Assembly: GCA_964016885.1 (NCBI GenBank)
Contig: OZ024741.1
Coordinates: 263,128,001 to 263,192,000, forward strand
Origin: Eledone cirrhosa
Taxonomy: Eukaryota
Length of the DNA stretch: 64,000 bases
Direction of reading: 5' to 3'
The translations under genes and the position numbers were made by a program. The notes beneath the pieces were generated by a model. It made no database searches. It was not told the origin of the DNA and saw nothing but the letters and a program-made list of their open reading frames with translations. Positions within the stretch are counted from its first letter, which is position 1. Each line of letters opens with the position of its first letter. Below, piece by piece: positions 37,183 through 51,451 of this stretch.

Positions 37183-39852
37183 CCCATACACCTACATATA
37201 GACACAAGTACTACCTCCCATACACCTATATATAGACACTAGTACTACCTCCCATACACCTACATATAGACACTAATACTACCTCCCATACACCTACATA
37301 TAGACACTAGTACTACCTCCCATACACCTATATATAGACACCAGTACTACCTCCCATACACCTACATGTAGACACTAGTACTACCTCCCATACACCTACA
37401 TATAGACACCAGTACTACCTCCCATACACCTACATATAGACATTAATACTACCTCCCATACACCTATATATAGAAACTAGTACTACCTCCCATACACCTA
37501 CATATAGACACTAATACTACCTCCCATACACCTACATATAGACACTAGTACTACCCCCATACACCTACATATAGACACTAGTACTACCTCCCATACACCT
37601 AGATATAGACACCTGTACTACCTCCCACACACCTACATATAGACACAAGTACTACCTCCCATACACCTACATATAGACACCAGTACTACCTCCCATACAC
37701 CTACATATAGACACTAGTACTACCTCCCACACACCTATATATAGACACCAGTACTACCCCCCATACACCTACATATAGACACTAGTACTACCTCCCACAC
37801 ACCTACATATAGACACTAGTACTACCTCCCATACACCTACATATAGACACTAGTACTACACCCCCCCTCCATACACCTACATATAGACACTAGTACTACC
37901 TCCCACACACCTACATATAGACACTAGTACTACCTCCCACACACCTATATATAGACACTAGTACTACCCCCCATACACCTACATATAGACACTAGTACTA
38001 CCTCCCACACACCTATATATAGACACCAGTACTACCCCCCATACACCTACATATAGACACTAGTACTACCTCCCACACACCTACATATAGACACTAGTAC
38101 TACCTCCCATACACCTACATATAGACACTAGTACTACACCCCCCCTCCATACACCTACATATAGACACTAGTACTACCTCCCACACACCTACATATAGAC
38201 ACTAGTACTACCTCCCACACACCTATATATAGACACTAGTACTACCCCCCATACACCTACATATAGACACTAGTACTACCTCCCATACACCTACATATAG
38301 ACACTAATACTACCTCCCATACACCTACATATAGACACTAGTACTACCTCCCATACACCTACATATAGACACAAGTACTACCTCCCATACACCTACATAT
38401 AGACACTAGTACTACCTCCCACACACCTACATATAGACACTAGTACTCCTCCCATACACCTACATATAGACACTAATACTACCTCCCATACACCTACATA
38501 TAGACACTAGTACTACCCCCCCATACACCTACATACAGACACTAATACTACCTCCCACACACCTACATATAGACACTAGTACTACCTCCTATACACCTAC
38601 ATATAGACACCAGTACTACCTCCCATACATCTACATATAGACACTAGTACTACCTCCCACACACCTACATATAGACACTACTACTACCTCCCATTCACCT
38701 ACATATAGACACTAATACTACCTCCCACACACCTACATATAGACACTAGTACTACCTCCCATACACCTACATATAGACACTAGTACTACCTCCCATACAC
38801 ATATATATAGACACTAGTACTACCTCCCATACACCTACATATAGACACTAATACTACAGCCCATATATCTATATATAGACACTAGTACTACCTCCCATAC
38901 ACCTACATATAGACACTAGTACCTCCCCATACACCTACATATAGACACTAGTACTACCTCCCATACACCTATATATAGACACCAGTACTATCTCCGATAC
39001 ACCTATATATAGACACTAGTACTACCTCCCACACACCTACATATAGACACTACTACTACCTCCCATTCACCTACATATAGACACTAATACTACCTCCCAC
39101 ACACCTACATATAGACACTAGTACTACCTCCCATACACCTACATATAGACACTAGTACTACCTCCCATACACATATATATAGACACTAGTACTACCTCCC
39201 ATACACCTACATATAGACACTAATACTACAGCCCATATATCTATATATAGACACTAGTACTACCTCCCATACACCTACATATAGACACTAGTACCTCCCC
39301 ATACACCTACATATAGACACTGATACTACCTCCCATACACCTACATATAGATACCAGTACTACCTCCCATACACCTACATATAGACACCAGTACTACCTC
39401 CCATACACCTATATATAGACACGAGTACTACCTCCCATACACCTACATATAGACACCAGTACTACCTCCCATAAACCTACATATAGACACTAGTACTACC
39501 TCCCATACACCTATATATAGACACCAGTACTATCTCCGATACACCTATATATAGACACTAGTACTACCTCCCATACACCTACATATAGACACTAGTACTA
39601 CCTCCCGTACACCTACATATAGACACCAGTACTACCTCCCACACACCTATATATATAGACACTAGTACTACCTGCCATACGCCGACATATAGACACTAGT
39701 ACTACCTCCCATACACCTACATATAGACACTAGTACTACCTCCCGTACACCTACATATAGACACCAGTACTACCTCCCATACACCTATATATAGACACTA
39801 GTACTACCTGCCATACGCCGACATATAGACACTAGTACTACCTCCCATACGC
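37183..39852. repeat. 34-bp minisatellite (~2.7 kb)
   Basis: Unit ccatacacctacatatagacactagtactacctc. Confidence 0.95.
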
Positions 39853-40096
39853 CTTACTGTCAATACATTTCATCAACTCAAGTATATCACTCCTCCTCTT
39901 CTTCCACTTGAGATGTACTTGACTTAAATAATAATAATAATGAGGAGGAGGAGGAAGAGGATAGTTTCTTTATTTACCACAAGGGCAACACAGACACAAG
40001 AACTTTCAAATGTAATGAGGAAGACAAACACTTTACACTGTGTGTGTATCTACATATATATATATGTGTGGGTGTATGTGTATATGTATATATGTA

Positions 40097-41895
40097 GGGC
40101 GGAAGAACTCATGAGAGTCAACAGCCATCCAAAAATGTGTAAATATGTATATACATGTGTATCGCACGGTTAACCCACTAGGAGTGAAGGACCCCTAGCC
40201 TTTGTCAGGGCATTCTTTTAGGAAAAGGCAACTCAGGAAACTGGGATAACTCCGATATAAAACCTGTGGCCCAGTAGTTACCGATGATGTTGATCTTTTC
40301 TTCTTTTCGGGTTATAGCTACTGTCGCTCAGAGAGTGGGTTTGGCTCAGTGCACAGTCTTTCCTCACTTTAAAAAATATCTTCAGGCACAGGCATTGCAT
40401 GATAGAATTAATTAATAATTATTAATAATAGTATAAGAGAGTATTGAGGTTTGCTTGAAGAATTGTGGAATAATAAGATTTATTTTTTTGGTCGTTTTGG
40501 AAGCCTCAACAGTGCAGATGGGTAAATCTCCGGGTAACAGAATCCGGTGGTAAAGAGAGAGATGTAAGGGAATATAGAATGTGTAGAGGAACGTAGGAAA
40601 GAGCGTAAAAAATAAAAATAATAACACGAGATAGAGTTACCTTAGGAGAGATTTAATTGCCCCTATATTTCGGATTCGCATCCATTAACTGGGGGGTTTT
40701 CCGGGGGGGAAATTTATCTGTCGGAGAGGAACGGTACGTGTCCTCTGCTGTCCGCTGTTTGTGACTAACTTCTGGTATTCAGCAGAGCGCACGTGCGCGC
40801 GGAATAGGTGCGGTCCAGCAAAGGTCGAAACAGTTCTTTTTATTGTGGGAGTGGGATGGCACTAGCTGTTAATCTATTGTACTACCTACTATATTAGCAG
40901 TGTAGTATAGTAGTATGGTAGTAGTCTGCTTGGTCGCTTGTTGGTCGGTGGATGGTGGCGGTGCTAAGCACACAATAACAATCGTTCGAATGCCACTGTG
41001 TGTGTGTGTGTGCGCGTGTCTTGTTGTCTTGTTTGTTTATACCAGCCACCTCATCTCACTTTTCTCGGATCGGTTATTTATTTGTGGCCCTAGGCGTTTG
41101 ATCCAAAGTGCTTCCTTGATTCGTAATGTGCCGATGTTGCGTTCTGTTGCTAGCACAGTGCCGCTGGCCCATTGTCACAGTGCTAGCAACAGAACGCAAC
41201 ATCGGCACATTATGAATCAAGGAAGCACTTTGGATCAAACGCCTAGGGCCACAAATAAATAACTGATCTGAGAGAAGTGAGATGAGGTGGCTGGTATAAA
41301 CAAACGAGACAACAAGACACGCGCACACACACACACACACAGTGGCATTCGAACGATTGTTATTGTGTGCTTAGCACCGCCACCATCCACCGACCAACAA
41401 GCGACCAAGCAGACTACTACCATACTACTATACTACACTGCTAGTATAGTAGGTAGTACAATAGATTAACAGCTAGTGCCATCCAACTCCCACAATAAAA
41501 AGGAGCTGCTTCGACCTTTGCTTGACCGCACCTATTCCGCGCGCACGTGCGCTCTGCAGAATACCTCAGTTAGTCACAAACAGCGGACAGCAGAGGACAT
41601 GTACCGTTCCTCTCCAACAAATCCCCCCCCCCGAAAACCCCCCAGTTGATGGATGCGAATCCGAAATATAGGGCAATTAAATCTCTCCCAAGGTAACTCT
41701 ATCTCGTGTTATTATTTTTATTTTTTACGCTCTTTCCTACGTTCCTCTACACACTATACATCTCATTCTATATTCCCTTAGATCTCTCTCTTTACCACCG
41801 GATTCTGTTACATCTGCACTGTTGAGGCTTCCAAAACGACCAATAATGGTATATCGTGGAATAGCCATACTCGATAACGAGGGGGCAGCCATCAT
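40097..41895 (+). mobile_element. RTEX-associated 5' region interrupted by a long palindrome
   Basis: 40097-40404 and 41845-41895 align in order with contiguous sequence at ~61420-61822. Confidence 0.7.
40488..41843. repeat. ~1.35-kb palindrome (foldback) with ~670-bp arms
   Basis: 40488-41156 is the reverse complement of 41180-41843; ~23-bp spacer; mirrored ORFs in the track. Confidence 0.92.
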
Positions 41896-42200
41896 ATATA
41901 TATATATATATAAAAGTAAATAGGTCCAGAATAAACAAGACAAATACAGATATCATCATCATCATCATCGTTTAATGTCTATCTTCCGCGCTAGCATGGG
42001 TTAGACGGGAATTGTCCCACTTGAGGCAAGATTTTTTCTATGGCTGGATGCCCTTCCTAACACCAACCACATTTACAGTGTGGACTGGAAACGTTTTACC
42101 GTGTTACCTACACAGCCACATTACAGCGTGGACTGTGTATTTTTTTGTCATGACACCTACACGATATATATATATATATATCTGAAATCATCAGGAAAGG

Positions 42201-42250
42201 GCTTTCCTAATGATTTCTTTTGGATGAAACAGTTCTAGTCCTGTAGAAGC
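42201..42250 (+). ncRNA. Degenerate family-B hammerhead (CTAATGA)
   Basis: gctttc-CTAATGA-tttc tttt ggat-GAAA-cagttctagtcctg-TA-gaagc, preceded by an inverted aaatcatcagg stub and followed by the family tail. Confidence 0.6.
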
Positions 42251-42335
42251 CATTTCTATATTAAACATGATGTTTACACTCTACTAATGTATTGTGTACC
42301 TTACTAACTGCGGTTACACCCGATTGAACCCGGGA

Positions 42336-42381
<46 letters not shown>

Positions 42382-43827
42382 ATATTTCTGCTCTCTTCCC
42401 GATTGAACACTGTTTTCTTTTTTCCTTTACACACCTACAGATATTGCTACACACACACATATATATATTATATTAGTACAGATGAAAGGTTTATGCAATG
42501 AATATCATATGATCCCCTTGAGGTGAAAACAGTAATATATTGCTTAAACTTTTAATCTGTAGTAATAATAAATATTTGCTCTTTGGATTTATTATTAAAA
42601 ATTATTTGGATTTATTATTAAAAACCCAATTGCGACACCAACTGGTTTCGTCTTGTATCCGTCCAGTCTTTTCAACTAAACAATTTTTCTATATTGCCTA
42701 CTATTATCTAATATTGAATAAATATAAGTGAAAAAAAATGGTTATATGTAAAGAAGTGCCAGAAAATGGTAGTGGAAGGAAGCTGCAGTAGAAGTAGGCC
42801 AAGAAAGACCTGAGCTGGGATGGTGAGAGCTGACCTCAAATCACTGTGGTTCACAAAGGAGATGATGCAAGAAGGCAGCAAGAGGTGAAATACTGTGCTG
42901 AAAAGGACCCGTTCAACCCATGCAAGCATGGAAAAATGGATGTAAAAGCAACAATGATGATGATGATTTAATATAGTTGTGTGAGAAGACCCTTTAGTTA
43001 TGTTAAAGACATGACAATTCTCCTGTGCACTTGGTAGAATGTAAGACTATATGTATGCAAGATACAGATCCCTGGCCTGTCTGGGAGGTCAGTAGCCACG
43101 CTTCAGTATTGACTTGGTCAGATTTTTCCAACCTCCACCTCCTATTAGTTGGTGTTCCAATGGTATCTGGAAGGTCAGTTACCCTACTTCAGTACTGACT
43201 TGTCTATGTAGACCCATCCAACCGTTGCTAGCAGGGAGAGTGAATGTTAAAATGACGATGATGTGTGGTCTGGCCTGGGGGATGATCTCCAAGAAAACTA
43301 AATTTTTAATCTATTATGTCACATTTAGTACTTATTCTGTCTTACTGTCTTGATGGCAATAGATTGGCAAAATTGGTAGAGCGTCAGACAACATGCTTTG
43401 TGGCATATAATGATGTCCCTTTATGTTCTGAGTTCAAATCCTGCCATAGTTAGCTTAGCTTTTCATTCTTACGGGGTTGATAAAATAAAGTACCACTAAT
43501 ACACTGGGCTCAATTTAATTGACTTTCCTCTCCTCCAAAATTGTTGGCTTTGTGACTAAATCAGAAAACATTATTGGTGACTACAAGGGTGGTGGACTGG
43601 CAGTAATCGGTAGAGCATCGAACAACATGCTTTGTGGCATATAGTTACCTCCCTTTACATTCTGAATTAAAATTACACCAAGGTTAGCTTTGTCCTTCGT
43701 CCTTATGGGGTCAATAAAATAAAGTACCAGTAATGCACTGGAGTCAATTCAAACATCTTTCCCCTCTCCCAGAATCATTGGCCTTGTGCCTAAATCAGAA
43801 CCCATTATATTTTACTGTCTCAGTCAG

Positions 43828-44290
43828 TTAACCCTTTTTGATATCAAACCACCTAAAACTGTCCCTGATTCTATGATACAAACCTATTTTTGAAAGTGTT
43901 GGTATTTATCTAAAAACTCTTTGTTAAGTTATGTTCCAAACCACCTAAAACTGCCCCTGGTATTCAGACACAAAGCTGTTTTTTGAAAATGTTGGTATTT
44001 TTCTAAAAGCCCTTCATTATAAAAACTCCCGCCGAGGTTGACTTTGCTTTTCATCCTTACAGGGTCGATAAAATAAAGTACCAGTAATGCACTGAGATAA
44101 TTGCTGGCCTGGTGCCTAAAAGTAGAAACAATTATAAAAACCTTTGTTAAGTTATGTTCCAAGCCACCAAACACTACCCTTGATTCTATGATACAAAATT
44201 GTTTTTTAAAGTGTTGGTATTTATATTTAAAAAAATGTTAATTATAATTTTATATAAGAACCTTTGTTAAGTTATGTTCCAAATACCAGC
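43828..44290 (+). mobile_element. piggyBac-like MITE remnant (TTAA|CCCTT end) with internal repeats
   Basis: ttaaccctttttgatatcaaacc start; internal ttgttaagttatgttccaaa repeats; same terminus reversed at ~10400-10418. Confidence 0.5.
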
Positions 44291-44670
44291 TTAATAATGA
44301 AAAATGTAATTATATTAGTACCAGCCACACCGAATTCCACTTTGCACTTGTTAACTTGATTGTTATGGGGTACATGGGTGGAGGTGAAGGGGAAATCCCT
44401 TCAGAAGTTATTGCTAAAGATAGGAACTGGCAGGAAACCACAAAAGAGTTTCTGGGAGAAAGGGAGGGCTGGTAGTGACCACAGAAAGGTGAAGGTTGTG
44501 TTGTTGTTGGTGGTGGTGATGGTGGTGATGGTAGTAGAGGGTGGTGATGGAAACGGTGATAGTGGTGATGGTGGTGGTTGTGGTGGTGATGGTTGTGGCG
44601 ATGGGAGAGGGTGCTGATAACAATGATAAGGATAGTGATGGTTGTGGTCACGTATGTTATTGTTGTTATT

Positions 44671-44704
<34 letters not shown>

Positions 44705-44819
44705 CAGCAGCAGCAGCAGCAGTGGTATCTGGTGATACTAGAGGGTACAAAGAGAAGGAGACTAAACTAATCCATTGTTCTTTTCAGGTTTCAGAAACAG
44801 ACAATAGAATGAAACTGGT

Positions 44820-46345
44820 CCCCACCCCAACACCACCACTACCACCAACACCACCATCACTAATACCAACAAAAACAATACCACCACAACAACAACAACA
44901 CTGACACCACCACCACTACCACCAACACCACCATCACTAATACCAACAAAAACAATACCACCACAACAACAACGACACTGACACCACCACCACTACCACC
45001 AACACCACTAATACCAACAAAAACAATACTACCACAACAACAACAACAACACTGACACCACCACCACTACCACCAACACCACCATCACTAATACCAACAA
45101 AAACAATACCACCACCACCACAACAACAACAACACTGACACCACCACCACTACCACCAACACCACCATCACTAATACCAACAAAAACAATACCACCACAA
45201 CAACAACAACACTGACACCACTACCACTACCACCAACACCCCCATCACTAATACCAACAAAAACAATACCACCACAACAACAACAACACTGACACTGACA
45301 CCACCACCACTACCACCACCACCACCACCACCACTACCACCAACAACACCACCACTACCACTAACAACACCACCACCACTACCACCACCAACAACACCAA
45401 CACTACCACCACTACCACCACCAACAATAACACCAACACCACTAACAACACCAACACCACAACCACCACCAACAATAACACTGCCAACAACAACACCACC
45501 ACCAATATGACTACCCCTAACACCAACACCACCACCAACAACAACACCACCAAAAATAACACTACCAACAACACCACCACCACTACCACCACCAACACCA
45601 CCACCAATGACTACCCCTAACACCAACACCAACACCACCACCAACACCAACACCACCACCAATATGACTACCCCTAACACCAACACTACCACCACCAACA
45701 CCACTACCACCACCAACACCACCACCACCAATATAAATACCCCTAACACCAACACTACCACCACCACCACCACCACCACCAATATGACTACCCCTAATAC
45801 CAACACTACCACCACCACCAACAACACCACTACCACCACCACCACCACCAATATAAATACCCCTAACACCACCACTACCACCACCAAAAATAACACTACC
45901 AACAACAACACCACCACCACTACCACCACCACCACCAATATAACTACCCCTAACACCAACACCACCACCACTACCATCGCCAACACCACCACCAATATGA
46001 CTACCCCTAACACCAACACCACCACCATTACCAACACCAACACCACTACCACCACCAACAATAACACTACCAACAACAACACCACCACTACCACCACCAA
46101 CACCAATATGACTACCCCTAACACCAACACCACCACCACTACCAACACCACTACCCCTAACACCACCAACAACACCACTAATAGCCACTTGTGAATAGAT
46201 TTCTTCCTCTACACCATAACTTACACCATTAACAACACCAAAAGTAACAACTCCAACAACACAACCTATTAAACCAGCATCAACAACAACAACAACAACC
46301 TATTACACCATCATCACCACCATCATCATCATTACTATCAATACC
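44820..46345. repeat. (CCA/CAA)n-rich low-complexity tandem array
   Basis: Trinucleotide-based repeats with higher-order ccaatatgactacccctaacacc units. Confidence 0.9.
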
Positions 46346-46432
46346 ATCACAAGAGGAGACAGCCATGAAGGAGAGTGGAGGGGGCAATGTGTAAGCTTTC
46401 AACCGAGTGGCCCTGCTCCCCTTAGTTCATGT

Positions 46433-49400
46433 TATAGAACCAGGGCTAGTTTCATGTGATTTGGAACATAACTTAACAATGGTTCTTACATAAAATTACA
46501 GTTTTGTCTGATAGAACCAGGGCCAATTTCATGTGATTTGGAACATAACTTAACAATGGTTCTTACATAAAATTACAGTTTTGTCTGATAGAACCAGGGC
46601 CAATTTCAGGTGATTTGGAACATAACTTAACAATGGTTCTTACATAAAATATAGTTTTGTCTGATAGAACCAGGGCCAGTTTCATATGATTTGGAACATA
46701 ACTTAACCAAGGTTCTTACATAAAATATACAGTTTTGTCTGATAGCACCAGGGCCAGTTTCAGGTGATTTGGAACATAACTTAATGAAGATTCTTACATA
46801 AAATATACAGTTTTGTATGATAGAACCAGGGTCAGTTTCATGCGATTTGGAACATAACTTAACAAAGGTTCTTACAAAAAAATATACAGGTTTGTTTGAT
46901 AGAACCAGGGCCAGTTTCATGTGATTTGGAACATAACTTAATGAAGATTCTTACATAAAATATACAGTTTTGTCTGATAGAACTAGGGCCAGTTTCATGT
47001 GATTTGGAACATAACTTAACAAAGATTCTTACATAAAATATAGTTTTGTATGATAGAACCAGGGCCAGTTTCATGTGATTTGGAACATAACTTGAAGATT
47101 CTTACGTAAAATATACAGTTTTGTCTGATAGAGCCAGGGCCAGTTTCAGGTGATTTGGAACATAACTTAACAAAGATTCTTACATAAAATATACAGTTTT
47201 GTATGATAGAACCAGGGCCAGTTTCATGTGATTTGGAACATAACTTAACAAAGATTCTTACATAAAATATACAGTTTTGTCTGATAGAACTAGGGCCAGT
47301 TTCAGGTGATTTGGAACATAACTTAATGAAGATTCTTACATAAAATATACAGTTTTGTATGATAGAACCAGGGCCAGTTTCGTGTGATTTGGAACACAAC
47401 TTAACAAAGATTCTTACATAAAATATACAGTTTTGTCTGATAGAACCAGGGCGAGTTTCATGTGATTTGGAACATAACTTAACGTAGATTCTTACATAAA
47501 ATATACAGTTTTGTCTGATAGAACCAGGGCCAGTTTCAGGTGATTTGGAACATAACTTAACAAAGATTCTTACATAAAATATACAGTTTTGTATGATAGA
47601 ACCAGGGCCAGTTTCATGTGATTTGGAACATAACTTAACAAAGATTCTTACATAAAATATACAGTTTTGTGTGATAGAACCAGGGCCAGTTTCATGTGAT
47701 TTGGAACATAACTTAACAATGGTTCTTACATAAAATATAGTTTTGTCTGATAGAACCAGGGCCAGTTTCATGTGATTTGGAACATAACTTAACAAAGATT
47801 CTTACATAAAATATACAGTTTTGTCTGATAGAACCAGGGCGAGTTTCGTGTGATTTGGAACATAACTTAACAAAGATTCTTACATAAAATATACAGTTTT
47901 TTGTCTGATAGAACCAGGGCCAGTTTCAGGTGATTTGGAACATAACTTAACAAAGATTCTTACATAAAATATACAGTTTTGTATGATAGAACCAGGGCCA
48001 GTTTCATGTGATTTGGAACATAACTTAACAAAGATTCTTACATAAAATATACAGTTTTGTCTGATAGAACCAGGGCCAGTTTCATGTTATTTGGAACATA
48101 ACTTAATGAAGATTCTTACATAAAATATACAGTTTTGTCTGATAGAGCCAGGGCCAGTTTCAGGTGATTTGGAACATAACTTAACAAAGATTCTTACATA
48201 AAATATACAGTTTTGTATGATAGAACCAGGGCCAGTTTCATGTGATTTGGAACATAACTTAATGAAGATTCTTACATAAAATATACAGTTTTGTCTGATA
48301 GAACTAGGGCCAGTTTCATGTGATTTGGAACATAACTTAACAAAGATTCTTACATAAAATATACAGTTTTGTCTGATAGAACTAGGGCCAGTTTCATGTG
48401 ATTTAGAACATAACTTAATGAAGATTCTTACATAAAATATACAGTTTTGTCTGATAGAGCCAGGGCCAGTTTCAGGTGATTTGGAACATAACTTAAAGAT
48501 TCTTACATAAAATATACAGTTTTGTATGATAGAACCAGGGCCAGTTTCATGTGATTTGGAACATAACTTAACAAAGATTCTTACATAAAATATACAGTTT
48601 TGTCTGATAGAACTAGGGCCAGTTTCAGGTGATTTGGAACATAACTTAATGAAGATTCTTACATAAAATATACAGTTTTGTATGATAGAACCAGGGTCAG
48701 TTTCATGCGATTTGGAACATAACTTAAAGATTCTTACAAAAAATATACAGGTTTGTCTGATAGAACCAGGGCCAGTTTCATGTGATTTGGAACATAACTT
48801 AATGAAGATTCTTACATAAAATATACAGTTTTGTCTGATAGAACTAGGGCCAGTTTCATGTGATTTGGAACATAACTTAACAAAGATTCTTACATAAAAT
48901 ATAGTTTTGTATGATAGAACCAGGGCCAGTTTCATGTGATTTGGAACATAACTTAAAGATTCTTACGTAAAATATACAGTTTTGTCTGATAGAACCAGGG
49001 CCAGTTTCATGTGATTTGGAACATAACTTAACAAAGATTCTTACATAAAATATAGTTTTGTCTGATAGAACCAGGGCCAGTTTCATGTGATTTGGAACAT
49101 AACTTAACAAAGATTCTTACATAAAATATACAGTTTTGTCTGATAGAACCAGGGCGAGTTTCATGTGATTTGGAACATAACTTAACGAAGATTCTTACAT
49201 AAAATATACAGTTTTGTCTGATAGAACCAGGGCCAGTTTCATGTGATTTGGAACATAACTTAACAAAGATTCTTACATAAAATATACAGTTTTGTGTGAT
49301 AGAACCAGGGCCAGTTTCATGTGATTTGGAACATAACTTAACAATGGTTCTTACATAAAATATAGTTTTGTCTGATAGAACCATGGCCAGTTTCATGTGA

Positions 49401-50395
49401 TTTGGAACATAACTTAAAGATTCTTACGTAAAATATACAGTTTTGTCTGATAGAACCAGGGCCAGTTTCATGTGATTTGGAACATAACTTAACAAAGATT
49501 CTTACATAAAATATAGTTTTGTCTGATAGAACCAGGGCCAGTTTCATGTGATTTGGAACATAACTTAACAAAGATTCTTACATAAAACATACAGTTTTGT
49601 CTGATAGAACCAGGGCGAGTTTCATGTGATTTGGAACATAACTTGACGAAGATTCTTACATAAAATATACAGTTTTGTCTGATAGAACCAGGGCCAGTTT
49701 CAGGTGATTTGGAACATAACTTAACAAAGATTCTTACATAAAATATACAGTTTTGTATGATAGAACCAGGGCCAGTTTCATGTGATTTGGAACATAACTT
49801 AACAAAGATTCTTACATAAAATATACAGTTTTGTCTGATAGAGCCAGGGCCAGTTTCAGGTGATTTGGAACATAACTTAACAAAGATTCTTACATAAAAT
49901 ATACAGTTTTGTATGATAGAACCAGGGCCAGTTTCATGTGATTTGGAACATAACTTAATGAAGATTCTTACATAAAATATACAGTTTTGTCTGATTGAAC
50001 TAGGGCCAGTTTCATGTGATTTGGAACATAACTTAATGAAGATCCTTACATAAAATATACAGTTTTGTCTGATAGAGCCAGGGCCAGTTTCAGGTGATTT
50101 GGAACATAACTTAACAAAGATTCTTACATAAAATATACAGTTTTGTATGATAGAACCAGGGCCAGTTTCATGTGATTTGGAACATAACTTAACAAAGATT
50201 CTTACATAAAATATACAGTTTTGTCTGATAGAACTAGGGCCAGTTTCATGTGATTTGGAACATAACTTAACAAAGATTCTTACATAAAATATACAGTTTT
50301 GTCTGATAGAACTAGGGCCAGTTTCATGTGATTTGGAACATAACTTAACAAAGATTCTTACATAAAATATATAGTTTTGTCTGATAGAACCAGGG
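46433..50395. repeat. 78-bp satellite (~4 kb, ~50 units)
   Basis: Unit gatagaaccagggccagtttcatgtgatttggaacataacttaacaaagattcttacataaaatatacagttttgtct; gives 26-aa periodic ORFs. Confidence 0.96.
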
Positions 50396-50471
50396 TTCGT
50401 GTATGAAAAGATTAAAAATGTTTCAAAATTTCTAAATAAAATTTTTTTTTCCTTTTGTAGTTGAGAAAGTA

Positions 50472-50543
50472 TCCCATGTAGTATAGTGGTTAGGATTCTT
50501 GGCTTTCACCCAGGCGGCCCAGGTTCGATTCCCAGCATGGGAA
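50472..50543 (+). tRNA. tRNA-Glu-TTC: tRNA-Glu (TTC), probably a decayed copy or pseudogene
   Basis: TCCCATG/CATGGGA acceptor stem, anticodon loop CTTTCAC, GGTTCGATTCC B box, downstream T-runs. The T-stem has two mismatches (CCAGG/CCCAG). Confidence 0.8.
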
Positions 50544-51451
50544 CTTTATATTTTTCTAACCCATGCTAGCGTGGAAGATATCAACGATGGTGATGATGGT
50601 GATAAAGGATAACCAAAGACTGGTGTATTACTGTTTGCAGAGACACATAAGTACAAGTTTCTTCTTGAGTGGGGTAGATATGTGGGTGAGTGGGTAGGTG
50701 AGAGTGTGGGTAGGTAGGTGTGTGGGGAGTAGTGGGTAAGTCAATGAGTGTGGAGATTGGTGAGTGTTAAGTGTGTGAGGATGAGCAGGTGTGTGTGGAT
50801 GTGAATGAAAGTGAAGGTAAGTGAGTGAGTGGATGTGTGGGTGTGTAAGTGTGTAAATGAGAGAGTGTGTTGTGTAAGTGGGTGGGTAAGGGACTGTATG
50901 AGTGGGTGGGGAAGTGACTATGTAAATGAGAGAGTGAGTGAGTGTGTGAGAAAATAAGTGAGTGAATGAAAAAGTGGGTGAGTGAGAGAGTGAGTGAATG
51001 AAAGTGTGAGTGAATGAGCGAGAGAGTGAGTGAGAGAGTGTGTAAGTGACTGAGTGGGGGAGTAAGTGAGTGTGGGGAAGTGTGAGTGAGAGTGAGTGAA
51101 TGAGAGAGTGTGTAAGTGACTGAGTGGGGGAGTATGTGAGTATGGGGAAGTGTGAGTTTGAGAGTGAGTGAATGAGAGAGTGTGTAAGTGACTGAGTGAG
51201 GGAGTAAGTGAGTGTGAGTGAGAGAGTGATAAAACCCAAACATGTTTACAAAATACTTTAAGATGATCAGAACCAAGTGACAATTAAGGGGACAGTAAAA
51301 AACCTCCTTAAACTAAAAACTTCTGGGTTGTGTTTTTATTTGGTTATATATTTTATTTATTTCATCTGTATGCTGGGGGTGGTTAGTTGCATCAGCTTTT
51401 ATCTCCTTTTTTGTTTTTCTTGGTTTAAATATGACTTAGATTTATTTACAA

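Noticed and set aside
37183-39852. CRISPR-like array (34-bp repeats); also considered for the 44-bp and 33-bp arrays
   Set aside because: Head-to-tail units with no unique spacers, no cas genes, eukaryotic context.
45171-46194. Gly/Val-rich or Thr/Asn mucin-like ORFs
   Set aside because: Trinucleotide low-complexity sequence open in several frames on both strands.
46627-49571. 26-aa repeat protein
   Set aside because: 78-bp satellite with frequent frameshifting indels; resembles a MITE internal repeat.
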